Positions 37,821-47,168 of a DNA stretch of 64,000 bases are shown piece by piece. Each line of letters begins with the position of its first letter. Position 1 is the stretch's first letter. Source of the DNA: Puniceicoccaceae bacterium (GTDB taxonomy: Bacteria; Verrucomicrobiota; Verrucomicrobiia; Opitutales; Oceanipulchritudinaceae); assembly GCA_040830765.1 (NCBI GenBank), contig JBFOMH010000007.1:1-64000 (forward strand), written 5' to 3'. The translations under genes and the position numbers were made by a program. The notes beneath the pieces are model-generated. The model saw only the letters and a program-made list of their open reading frames with translations. It searched no databases and was not told where the DNA came from.

Positions 37821-40800
37821 ATGAAAACGATGCGTCTCGTCTACTCGCTTACCCTGTCCGGTCTCATTCTTTGCCCGCAGACTGTGCTGGCTATTGACTA
37901 CACCTGGAATGGCGGCACCGGCGACTGGAGCAGTGCCGGAAAATGGACGCCATCTGGCGTTCCCGCCGATGGAGATTCAGCAACCGTCAACAGCGGAACC
38001 GTTACCCTCTCCGGTACCGAGACTGTCGGCATCCTCAATCTGCAGGGTGGCTCACTGACTGGTCCGGGTTCCCTGACCATGACGAATGCCTTCAACTGGA
38101 GCGTGGCCACCATCATGGACTTCAGCGGCATCCTCATTCTTGCCCATGGCGCGACGGCAACGCTGGACGGCACGGGTAACCATGACATCCGCAACGGCAC
38201 CATCCAGCTCGAGGGCGATTTGAACCATGTCGGCCCGGGTCACTTACACTTCCACTACGGAGCCGGCATGGATATCCGTAAGACAGGAGTGGTGGATATC
38301 CAGGGTGACCTGGCCTGGAGCCATTATTATGGCAATGCGGCACCCATCACCAACGCTGGCCGCATCAAGAAGACATCCGGTACCGGACAATTCACCTTCT
38401 CCAGTATCACGCCTACCAACACCGAGGATGGTCGAATTGAGGTCCACAGCGGAACCCTGGTTTTTAATAATGGTGTCAACGGCAGCGGCGTCCTCAATGC
38501 ATCGAGTGGAGCGGTCCTGCACTCCCCCAACTCCTGCAGCCTGACCAATGTGGACTTGTCCGGGTTCGGCATCAAGCGCTTCAGCGCAGGCAACCTCACC
38601 CTGGCCGGTGATTGCAGCGGTCACAATGTCGAGCTCGCCGGGGCCAAGCTTCTCGGCAGCCATACACTCAGTGGCAGCTGGAATTGGATCAGCGGGTTGA
38701 TTGATGGTACGCCCGAGGACACAACCACCATCGCCGACACCGCCACCTTGACTGTCACCGGTGAAGGCGATCATGAAATTCGCAACCGCTCCCTGGTCAT
38801 CAATGGCATCCTCAATCACGAGGGGCCAGGTCGCCTGCATCTCAACTACGGTCCGACGGTCCAAGTCAGCCTGGGCGGCGTAATCAATATCCAGGGCGAT
38901 CTTGAATGGGCCCATTCATGGGGGGATGCCGGGACGATAGTCAATGACGGGACGATTTCCAAGAACGCCGGCGATGGCATCGCTGTCATCAGTAACAATA
39001 TCATCACCAACCACAACCTGCTCGAACTGACCAGCGGATCCCTGACCCTCAACGGGGTCACTTTCAACAACATAGGAACAACCCGGATCGACACCGGAAC
39101 ACTTTCCTTTAGTGGCAACGGGACCAGTCCCGGGGAATGGATCCTCGCAGAGGGAGCACTGCTCACCTTCACCGGCGGCAGTCCGATCATCGGGGAAGTT
39201 GCCTCCTTCACTGGTCTCGGTAACGTGAAAATTGCCGGGGCCACCGTTGCCTTCAATGGCCCGGTCAGGGTGCCCCGCCTGGAGTTGTCCACCGGTACCA
39301 TAGCCGGATCGGGCGTGCTGTCCGTGACCAAGGCCTTCGGGTGGACCCGTAACTCAATGGTCAATGGTGCCCTCTCCATTGTCATTGAGAATGGTGCCGT
39401 TGGAACCATCTCGGGCGACGGCGACCACGACTTCCGGACCGGCAACCTGATCGTCGAGGGAACGCTTGAGCACCACGGACCCGGCAATCTGGTTTTTAAT
39501 TACGGGGCGACCGTGGATATCGCCATCGGTGGCGTGGTCGACATCATGGGCGACTACGCCTGGGGCTATAACTGGGGAGACGCGCCCGTCATGACCAACG
39601 CTGGAACCTTCGTTAAAAGCGCTGGCTCAGGTGACACCACCATCCAGAACGTCAGACCCACCAATACCCCCGATGGGACCTTTCAGGCTTTGTCCGGCAC
39701 CCTTGTGCTTAAAAGCGGCCTCAATGGCGGCGGCACCTTGGATGCGTCCGTGGGCGCGCTCATCACTATCCCGGCGTCTTCCAGCCTGACCAGCCTTACC
39801 CTGTCGGGCGAAGGCATCAAGCGTTTCACCGGCGGTGACCTCATCCTCGCCGGCGACTGCACGGGCAACAAAGTCGAACTGGCCGGGACCCGGCTGCTTG
39901 GCAGCCATACACTGAGGGGAAACTGGAAGTGGATCAGCGGCATGATTGAAGGTCAGGACGAAACCACCACCATCGCCAGTGGTGCTGTCTTTTCGGTTGC
40001 TGGAGAGGGCGACCACGACTTGCGTTACCGCACGGTCCTGATTGAGGGCTTTCTCAATCATGACGGTCCCGGACGACTCCACCTTAACTATGGTCCAACG
40101 GTCCAGACAACCCTCGATGGCGTCATTAATATCCTCGGCGATCTGGAATGGCCACATTCATGGGGCGATGCGGGAACCATCATCAATGGCGGGACAATCT
40201 CCAAGAGCCTTGGGGATGGCATTGCAGTCATCAGCAACAACATCCTGACCAACAACAACCTGATTGAGCTGACCAGCGGCTCGCTGACCCTGAATGGTGT
40301 CACGTTCACGAACAACGGCCAGGCCCGGATTGACGCCGGCACCCTCTCCTTCAGCGGGAACGGCACCAGCACCGGTCAATGGACGACCGCTGAGGGGACC
40401 CGTGTCAATTTCACCGGCGGCAGTCCGGTCATCGGTTCAGGCTCCACCTTCACTGGCCTCGGGGAATGGAAAGTCGCCGGAGCAACTGTCTACTTTGATG
40501 GAACGGTCAGTGTACCCAGGCTGGAGTTGAACTCCGGCAAGATTGCCGGATCAGGGATGCTCAGCGTGACCAAGGCCTTCGGCTGGACAAATGACTCCTT
40601 TGTTGATGGCACCCTCTCCATCATCATTGAAGACGGGGCCATTGGTACGATTTCAGGGGAAGGCAACCACGACTTCCGGGTTGGCAATCTCACTGTCCGG
40701 GGAACACTGGAGCACCACGGACCGGGGCAGCTCCTGTTCAATTACGGGGCGACCGTGGACAACCACGGGGTTGTGGACATCAAAGGCGACTTTACCTGGG

Positions 40801-42371
40801 GCTATCACTGGGGCGATGCACCTACCGTGACCAACGCCGGTATCTTCGTTAAGAGTTCCGGTTCCGAAACGGCCACGGTTCATAATATCAAGCCCACTAA
40901 CACGCCCGAAGGGACCTTTGAGGTCTTGTCTGGCACCCTTGCCCTCAACAGCGGCCTGAACGGTGGGGGTATCCTTCAGGCTGCCGAGGGTGGCTTGTTA
41001 CACATCCCCACCACCTCCAACCTCACCAATGTCAACCTCCCCGGAAACGGCATCAAGCGCTTCTCTGGAGGCAACCTTACCCTCGCCGGCTATTGCAGCG
41101 GTAATAATGTGGAGCTCGCCGGAGCCAAGCTCTTCGGGAGCCACACCCTCAGGGGCCATTGGTACTGGATCAGTGGCATAATCGAGGGAACAACAGAGGA
41201 TACCACCACGATTGCCCCCGGGGCCGTCCTATCGGCCACAGGGGACGGCGACCACGACATCCGTAACCGGACCCTGAGTGTCGAAGGCACCCTCAACCAC
41301 GACGGTCCCGGTCGACTCCATCTCAACTACGGCACAAATCTCCGGACCGTCCCGGGCGGGACCATCAACATCCAGGACGATCTCGTCTGGCAGTATTCAT
41401 GGGGCAATGCCCCGGCCATCTCCAATGAAGGCACTATCGCCAAGACTGGCGGTGAGGGCGAAGTGGTCTTTAATAGTCCCCGGCCAGTTAATAAATCCAC
41501 CGGCCGCATCGAGTCGCACAGTGGAACCATCCGCTTCCCGGGTGGAGTAACCGAAGGTGGCACCTTCCATGCCGCAGAGGGCGCGCAGATCCTTATCGAG
41601 AACAGCTCCAGCCTTACGGATGTCCGCTTCAGCGGTCCAGGTATCCAGTTGCTCACGGGCGGTGATGTTACCCTTTCCGGCGACTGCCATTCGGAGAACC
41701 TGGAAATCCACGGGGCCGACATCCTCGGCACCCACACCCTCCATGGCACATGGCACTGGCGGACAGGGGAGTTCAGGGGTCCCGGTACCACCACCCTCGC
41801 CCCCTATGCCTACCTGCGCCTTATTGGCGACACCGACCACATCCTCCGCGGTCGAGACTTAACCAATACAGGCTTCATCTGGCATGAGGGGATGGGCCGC
41901 CTTGTCCTCGCCGACAACGCCAGCCTGAGCAACGCCCCGACGGGTGCCTGTGTCCTTGCCAGTGATTCCTCATGGACAAACGCTGAGGGGCAGGAAGCCA
42001 CCTTTATCAACAACGGGGTGATCTACAAAATCGGCCAGACAGGGGCCAGCTGGTTCGACCTCGATTTCCAGAACAACGGCGCTCTCGTTTCCTACATGGG
42101 CTGGTTTGTCGTCGAGGACTGGGTCTGGCACGCCGAGCAAGGCTGGATTTACTGCATCATGGTCGACGACAGAAGTTTGTATTACTATGATGCCGGTGTC
42201 GATTGCTGGGCCTGGACCGGCCCGGAGTACTATGCGTGGATTTACTGGTTTTGGCCCATCGAGAGGTGGAGCTACTGCGTCTGGGCCGTCCCGGGGGAAC
42301 GGTGGTTCTGGATCTATCCCGAGGATATCCACAAGCCGGAAGAGGAAATGATGCCCCAGCCGTCCCTATGA
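37821..42371 (+). CDS. Secreted Gly/Thr-rich beta-solenoid-like repeat protein with a Trp-rich C-terminal domain
   Basis: Signal peptide MKTMRLVYSLTLSGLILCPQTVLA (start moved from 37725), WNGGTGDWS...WTPSGVP cap, seven ~195-218-aa repeats, and a W/Y-rich tail. Confidence 0.82.
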   Translation: MKTMRLVYSLTLSGLILCPQTVLAIDYTWNGGTGDWSSAGKWTPSGVPADGDSATVNSGTVTLSGTETVGILNLQGGSLTGPGSLTMTNAFNWSVATIMDFSGILILAHGATATLDGTGNHDIRNGTIQLEGDLNHVGPGHLHFHYGAGMDIRKTGVVDIQGDLAWSHYYGNAAPITNAGRIKKTSGTGQFTFSSITPTNTEDGRIEVHSGTLVFNNGVNGSGVLNASSGAVLHSPNSCSLTNVDLSGFGIKRFSAGNLTLAGDCSGHNVELAGAKLLGSHTLSGSWNWISGLIDGTPEDTTTIADTATLTVTGEGDHEIRNRSLVINGILNHEGPGRLHLNYGPTVQVSLGGVINIQGDLEWAHSWGDAGTIVNDGTISKNAGDGIAVISNNIITNHNLLELTSGSLTLNGVTFNNIGTTRIDTGTLSFSGNGTSPGEWILAEGALLTFTGGSPIIGEVASFTGLGNVKIAGATVAFNGPVRVPRLELSTGTIAGSGVLSVTKAFGWTRNSMVNGALSIVIENGAVGTISGDGDHDFRTGNLIVEGTLEHHGPGNLVFNYGATVDIAIGGVVDIMGDYAWGYNWGDAPVMTNAGTFVKSAGSGDTTIQNVRPTNTPDGTFQALSGTLVLKSGLNGGGTLDASVGALITIPASSSLTSLTLSGEGIKRFTGGDLILAGDCTGNKVELAGTRLLGSHTLRGNWKWISGMIEGQDETTTIASGAVFSVAGEGDHDLRYRTVLIEGFLNHDGPGRLHLNYGPTVQTTLDGVINILGDLEWPHSWGDAGTIINGGTISKSLGDGIAVISNNILTNNNLIELTSGSLTLNGVTFTNNGQARIDAGTLSFSGNGTSTGQWTTAEGTRVNFTGGSPVIGSGSTFTGLGEWKVAGATVYFDGTVSVPRLELNSGKIAGSGMLSVTKAFGWTNDSFVDGTLSIIIEDGAIGTISGEGNHDFRVGNLTVRGTLEHHGPGQLLFNYGATVDNHGVVDIKGDFTWGYHWGDAPTVTNAGIFVKSSGSETATVHNIKPTNTPEGTFEVLSGTLALNSGLNGGGILQAAEGGLLHIPTTSNLTNVNLPGNGIKRFSGGNLTLAGYCSGNNVELAGAKLFGSHTLRGHWYWISGIIEGTTEDTTTIAPGAVLSATGDGDHDIRNRTLSVEGTLNHDGPGRLHLNYGTNLRTVPGGTINIQDDLVWQYSWGNAPAISNEGTIAKTGGEGEVVFNSPRPVNKSTGRIESHSGTIRFPGGVTEGGTFHAAEGAQILIENSSSLTDVRFSGPGIQLLTGGDVTLSGDCHSENLEIHGADILGTHTLHGTWHWRTGEFRGPGTTTLAPYAYLRLIGDTDHILRGRDLTNTGFIWHEGMGRLVLADNASLSNAPTGACVLASDSSWTNAEGQEATFINNGVIYKIGQTGASWFDLDFQNNGALVSYMGWFVVEDWVWHAEQGWIYCIMVDDRSLYYYDAGVDCWAWTGPEYYAWIYWFWPIERWSYCVWAVPGERWFWIYPEDIHKPEEEMMPQPSL

Positions 42372-44540
42372 ATCCTCTTCAGCGGCCCGTTGCTCATCCT
42401 TTCCGGATTCCTCCTCCTTGAGCCGTTGAAGTTCCAGCGGGTGTTCGGATTGCATTTCCTCCTCAGACATCATGCCAGTCAGCCAGGACAGGTTCATTGG
42501 GTAGACGTCGGGATTGAAGATGACAAAGTAGAAGTGCCACACGATAATCGCCAGGGTCGCCAAAACCGCCTCGTAGAAGTGGATCGTCCGGCTGATATCA
42601 AAGCCCAGCTTGGTCAGCAGCCCGATGGTCGTGTTCTCGTACCAGAGCAGGAAACCGGTTACCGACATCAGGATGCTTCCCCAGATCAGCGCCCAGTACT
42701 CCGTCTTCTCAATATAGCTGAAGCGGGCAAAGCGGGGCCGCTCCTTCGAGAGACCGAGATTGTAGCGCAGGATCATCTTCATGTCGGTGAGATCCTTCCA
42801 CCTTGGAAGAATGTCATGGAACACCTGTCGCCCGCGCTCGGTGAAGGCAATATAGCCTATGTGCCACACCCCACTGAGGCACATCACGACTCCGGCAATC
42901 CGGTGGACCAAGCCTCTTAACTCGAAGAGATGACCATTGAGCTCACGCAATGCCTCCACCCACCAGGCCTCCGGGTAGCGCAGCATGAAGCCGGTTATGC
43001 AGAGGATGATGAAACTCAGGGCAAGGGTGCCGTGTTGCAGCCGCTCATTGACAGTCAGGCGCAGATAGAGACGATGGGGTTGCCCGTCCGGGAGTTGTCG
43101 ATGCGGCTTTCCCTGGTAAGTCGCCTTCAGGCGTACCTTTTGGAAGAAATCAAGACCATTGTGAAGGGTCATCCCACCAATGATCAGGCAGATGCCCCAG
43201 ATGTAGATGGTGGCGATCCAGTAGAGCACCGGCTCCTCCGAATGGGTATCCAAACTGACGTGTACCTTCCCCCGGGCAAAGCGCTCATTGGCCCCCTCAT
43301 GGCAATGGCCGCAGGTCTCGGCCAGGTTGTTGGGATGGACCCATGATTCCGGATCATCACAGGCCCGGACATCATGATAGGCGTGGCAACTGGCACAATT
43401 GACCGCCTCCACTGCACCCCCGCGGGTGGCCAGGCCGTGGAAACTGTCCTCGAAGGTCTCCAAGCGGTCCGCCTCCAGTCCGTAACGCTCGGCAAGGCGC
43501 ACCGATCCATGGCACTCCCCGCAGACCTGCTCCGCCATGTTGGCCGGGGCAATCGGCGCTTTGGGATCCGTGTGGTGCATGATGTTGTGCTCCCCATGGC
43601 AATCCGTACAGACCGGGGCATCGAGGTAGCCTTTGGCCAGGACCGTGGCATGGATGGAGTGCAGATAGTCTTCCGCCGCCTTGGGGTGACATTGGGCACA
43701 CTGGGATACCACCCGTCCCCGGCTCACAGCGGATTCCACATCGGAGGCCCGTCCAACCGAATGACTGTCATGGCAATTGATGCAGGTTGGCGCGCTTTCA
43801 TTTCCCTCAAACAGGGCCTTTCCGTGGACACTGCGTTCATAGGACGTGATGAACGGCGTCCCGTAGAGAGTCTGGCCGGAAACTTCCGGATTCTCGACAT
43901 GACAGCTGACACAGAAATCCGCCAGCATTGCCTTGTGATGGGCAAGATCCAGTTTCTGGGCCTCCACCACCAGGTCGGATGTATGGCAGTCAAGGCAGGT
44001 CGGGGCAGTCTCTACTCCCTCTTCAAGCGCTCGGGCATGTGCGCAATGGAGGTACTTAATCGATTGTTCCTCATGGCAAATCCCGCAGCGGCTGGTCTGC
44101 CGGGCATTGGCAAAGGGATAATCCGGATGGTCACTGCCAAGGATCTGATGAGAGCCATGGCAGCCGGTACATCTCAGGCGCTCCGTCAAAATGGTTTCCT
44201 CGTCCAGATCGTCGAAGCCCTCGTGAAACAAATGGTTCCCGGCGAGGTCATCGTGACAGTCCAAGCAGCCGACAACCGCCGGGACGATTGGATCCGCGTG
44301 CGGCAGGTCGTCCTCGTCTAACCCGGCGTGGCAGTCGCCGCAGTCGAATCCCTCATGGGGAGTTCCTTCGAAATGCGAATCCGTCACATACAAGGATACT
44401 TCCTGCCCTCCACGCTCCATGGTCATGGACCCATCGTCATGGCAGTCCAGGCAGCTCTCCGCACCGGCCGGGATTCCCATCATCACCGTCATCAGGAAAG
44501 CCGTGCAGCTTGCCCTCAATTCCAAGAAGCGCTTTCTCAT
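42366..44540 (-). CDS. Multiheme cytochrome c (13 CxxCH) fused to a membrane cytochrome b domain; CbcL-like
   Basis: 13 CxxCH counted. The C-terminal FdnI/HydC-like domain has ERLQH, LVHRIAG, RFSYIEKTEYWA, TIHFYEA, WHFY. Confidence 0.9.
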   Translation of the reverse strand: MRKRFLELRASCTAFLMTVMMGIPAGAESCLDCHDDGSMTMERGGQEVSLYVTDSHFEGTPHEGFDCGDCHAGLDEDDLPHADPIVPAVVGCLDCHDDLAGNHLFHEGFDDLDEETILTERLRCTGCHGSHQILGSDHPDYPFANARQTSRCGICHEEQSIKYLHCAHARALEEGVETAPTCLDCHTSDLVVEAQKLDLAHHKAMLADFCVSCHVENPEVSGQTLYGTPFITSYERSVHGKALFEGNESAPTCINCHDSHSVGRASDVESAVSRGRVVSQCAQCHPKAAEDYLHSIHATVLAKGYLDAPVCTDCHGEHNIMHHTDPKAPIAPANMAEQVCGECHGSVRLAERYGLEADRLETFEDSFHGLATRGGAVEAVNCASCHAYHDVRACDDPESWVHPNNLAETCGHCHEGANERFARGKVHVSLDTHSEEPVLYWIATIYIWGICLIIGGMTLHNGLDFFQKVRLKATYQGKPHRQLPDGQPHRLYLRLTVNERLQHGTLALSFIILCITGFMLRYPEAWWVEALRELNGHLFELRGLVHRIAGVVMCLSGVWHIGYIAFTERGRQVFHDILPRWKDLTDMKMILRYNLGLSKERPRFARFSYIEKTEYWALIWGSILMSVTGFLLWYENTTIGLLTKLGFDISRTIHFYEAVLATLAIIVWHFYFVIFNPDVYPMNLSWLTGMMSEEEMQSEHPLELQRLKEEESGKDEQRAAEEDS

Positions 44541-44612
44541 TTCCCTCCTCTTTTCCTATAAGCAGCTCTAAATCTGTTTCAGCATAAAAAAAGCAAATGT
44601 TATAGACAATCA

Positions 44613-44622
44613 TATAATTATA
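44613..44622. promoter_or_regulatory. Palindromic TATAATTATA: overlapping -10 boxes for the two divergent cytochrome genes
   Basis: Gives a perfect TATAAT on both strands near the middle of the 153-bp intergenic region. Confidence 0.45.
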
Positions 44623-44693
44623 CCCAATACTCGATTTCTCGAAGGCCGGAAAAACCAGCTCAATTCAACCCGGTCGTTCAGCAACAAAACCCC

Positions 44694-46799
44694 ATGAAAA
44701 CCGTAAGCCGCCTACTGACGTTGGCCCTGGTTCTTGCCCAGCCCAGCTTCGCTGACGAATCGCTCTCCAATGAGAGCTGCCTCGATTGCCACAATGATCC
44801 CGGCTGGACCGAGATGCGCAAGGGCAAGGAGGTCTCCATGCATGTCGATCCGGAGGTCTTTGCCAACTCCCTGCACGGGGACTTTGACTGCATCGACTGC
44901 CACGTCGATATCGAGGAAGTTCCGCATGCGGACAAACTGGAATATGCTTCCTGTGCAGATTGTCATGATGATGTGCAGGATGAGTACGAGCACAGCATCC
45001 ACGGGGCCATGAAGGTCATGGGCAACGGCGATGCTGCCAGCTGTGGGGACTGCCACGGCTACCATGATATCCAGCCCGTCGATTCAATCGACTCCCCTGT
45101 CTTCAAGATGAACTTGGCCCGGATGTGTGCCAAGTGCCATGACAACCCGGGTATCACCGAGGAATACCGCATGCGGGTACCGGAAGCTGGTAGTCACTAT
45201 GCGGAAAGTATCCATGGCAAGGCCCTCATGCAGTACGGGCTCATCGTTGCTCCCTCCTGCAACGATTGCCATGGGGTCCACAACATCCGGAGGGCTGTGG
45301 ATGAGAATTCCATGGTCCACCACACAAACATTGATGAAACCTGTGGGCAATGTCACGTCGGCGTGGCTGAGGAATACGCCAAGAGCGTCCATGGCCAGCA
45401 CCTCGATGATGAGGGGAAGATGGTTGCGGTCTGTAACGACTGCCACACGGCCCACGATATTGAAATTCCCGGCTCGGCCCATTTCAAGGCCACCAGTGAT
45501 GAAAAATGCGGAGCCTGCCATGCTGACCGGTTGCACAATTACCACGAGACCTACCACGGCAAGGCCATGGTCCTCGGCGAGGCCAACAAGGCCCCGGAAG
45601 TCGCAGCCTGCTATGACTGCCACGGCCACCACAATATCCTTCCAGAAGAGAATCCAGAATCCTGGTTGTCGGAAGAGAACATCCTTGCGACCTGTGCCAA
45701 GTGCCATGAAGGGGCCAATGCCAACTTTTCCGGCTATGTCCCGCATGCCGACCATACCGACAAGGAAAACTATCCCTGGCTCTACTATTCTTTCGTCTTC
45801 ATGACGACTCTCCTCATCAGCGTCTTCATCTTCTTCGGGATCCATACCTTCTTCTGGCTTTTTCGTTCGGCCTACCTCTTCTTCCATGATTCGAAAACCT
45901 TCCATGAGGCCCGCTTCAAGGTGAAAGATGACGGTGAATGGTACACCCGCTTTGTCCCCTTCGAGCGCTTCCTCCACTTCCTCGTCGTGACCAGCTTCCT
46001 GCTCCTGGTCGTTACTGGAATGCCGCTTAAGTTCTACTACACGGACTGGGCCCAGGCCCTGTTCACCATGATGGGTGGTGTTGATGTGGCCCGCTCTCTG
46101 CACCACTTCGGGGCTATCATCACATTCCTCTACTTCGGGCTGCACCTCGGGGACCGGTTGATTGCCATCATCCGCAACTGGAAGGTCATCCTGGATCCCG
46201 AATCCAAACGCCCCAGCTGGAAGCGCATGATGAACATCGCCTTTGGACCGGACTCGATGATGCCCAGCAAGCAGGACTGGCAGGACTTCATCGCCCACCA
46301 GAAGTGGTTCTTTGGCAAGGGCGAAAAGCCGCAGTTCGACCGCTGGACTTACTGGGAAAAGTTTGACTACCTGGCCGTCTTCTGGGGGGTCGCGATCATT
46401 GGCCTATCCGGCATGATCATGTGGTTCCCAATTTTCTTCTCCACTTTCCTCCCCGGCTGGGCCATTAATGTCGCCCTGATTGTCCACTCCGACGAGGCCC
46501 TCCTGGCAGCCGGCTTCATCTTTACCTTCCACTTCTTCAACACCCACTTCCGACTGGAAAAACTGCCCATGGACACGGTCATCTTCTCCGGGCGCATCTC
46601 CAAGGCGGAAATGCTCCACGAGCGCAAGCGCTGGTACGACCGATTGGTCGCCGAGGGTCGACTCGAGGAACACCGCGTCCGCGACGAATGGGAACGTTGG
46701 AAGCGCATCGCCAAGGCCTTCGGATACGGCTTCTTCGGACTCGGGATCATCCTCCTCCTGATGATTATTTACGCCATGGCCGTGCGGTTGCTGCATTAA
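44694..46799 (+). CDS. Multiheme cytochrome c (11 CxxCH) fused to a membrane cytochrome b domain; CbcL-like
   Basis: Signal peptide and 11 CxxCH counted; ERFLH, SLHH, FDRWTYWEKFDYLAVFWG, IVHSDEALLA, FHFFNTH. Confidence 0.92.
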   Translation: MKTVSRLLTLALVLAQPSFADESLSNESCLDCHNDPGWTEMRKGKEVSMHVDPEVFANSLHGDFDCIDCHVDIEEVPHADKLEYASCADCHDDVQDEYEHSIHGAMKVMGNGDAASCGDCHGYHDIQPVDSIDSPVFKMNLARMCAKCHDNPGITEEYRMRVPEAGSHYAESIHGKALMQYGLIVAPSCNDCHGVHNIRRAVDENSMVHHTNIDETCGQCHVGVAEEYAKSVHGQHLDDEGKMVAVCNDCHTAHDIEIPGSAHFKATSDEKCGACHADRLHNYHETYHGKAMVLGEANKAPEVAACYDCHGHHNILPEENPESWLSEENILATCAKCHEGANANFSGYVPHADHTDKENYPWLYYSFVFMTTLLISVFIFFGIHTFFWLFRSAYLFFHDSKTFHEARFKVKDDGEWYTRFVPFERFLHFLVVTSFLLLVVTGMPLKFYYTDWAQALFTMMGGVDVARSLHHFGAIITFLYFGLHLGDRLIAIIRNWKVILDPESKRPSWKRMMNIAFGPDSMMPSKQDWQDFIAHQKWFFGKGEKPQFDRWTYWEKFDYLAVFWGVAIIGLSGMIMWFPIFFSTFLPGWAINVALIVHSDEALLAAGFIFTFHFFNTHFRLEKLPMDTVIFSGRISKAEMLHERKRWYDRLVAEGRLEEHRVRDEWERWKRIAKAFGYGFFGLGIILLLMIIYAMAVRLLH

Positions 46800-46800
46800 T

Positions 46801-47134
46801 TCCCCGCGTAAATCATTCGTTCCCCGCGTAAATCATTCGTTCCCCGCGTTGAAACGCGGGTCTGATCTCCCGCCATCCCGACGGGATGGCATTACCAATA
46901 GGCCCTGGTTTTAACCAGGGCTAGGTGTGGCATTGAATCATTCGTTCCCCGCGTTGAAACGCGGGTCTGACCTCCGCCATCCCGACGGGATGGCAATATC
47001 AATAAGCCCTGGTTTTAACCGGGGCTGGGACGGGCCGCGATACACCATTCGTTCCCCGCGTTGAAACGCGGGTCTGATCTCCCGCCATCCCGACGGGATG
47101 GCATTACCAATAGGCCCTGGTTTTAACCAGGGCT
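46801..47134. repeat. REP/BIME-like array: three ~88-bp units of three hairpins each, preceded by two 20-bp tandem partial copies
   Basis: Units at 46834-46922, 46939-47026 and 47046-47134. Hairpins CCCGCGTTGAAACGCGGG, GCCATCCCGACGGGATGGC, GCCCTGGTTTTAACCAGGGC. Linkers of 16 and 19 bp. Confidence 0.85.
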
Positions 47135-47168
47135 TGCCATCGAATCCTCCCGAGACTAACTCGGATGC

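Noticed and set aside
46801..47134. CRISPR array (GTTCCCCGCG and GTTGAAAC resemble CRISPR repeat ends)
   Set aside because: Units are ~88 bp with three hairpins, linkers are only 16-19 bp, no cas genes are present, and a dispersed copy exists. A REP-like element fits better.
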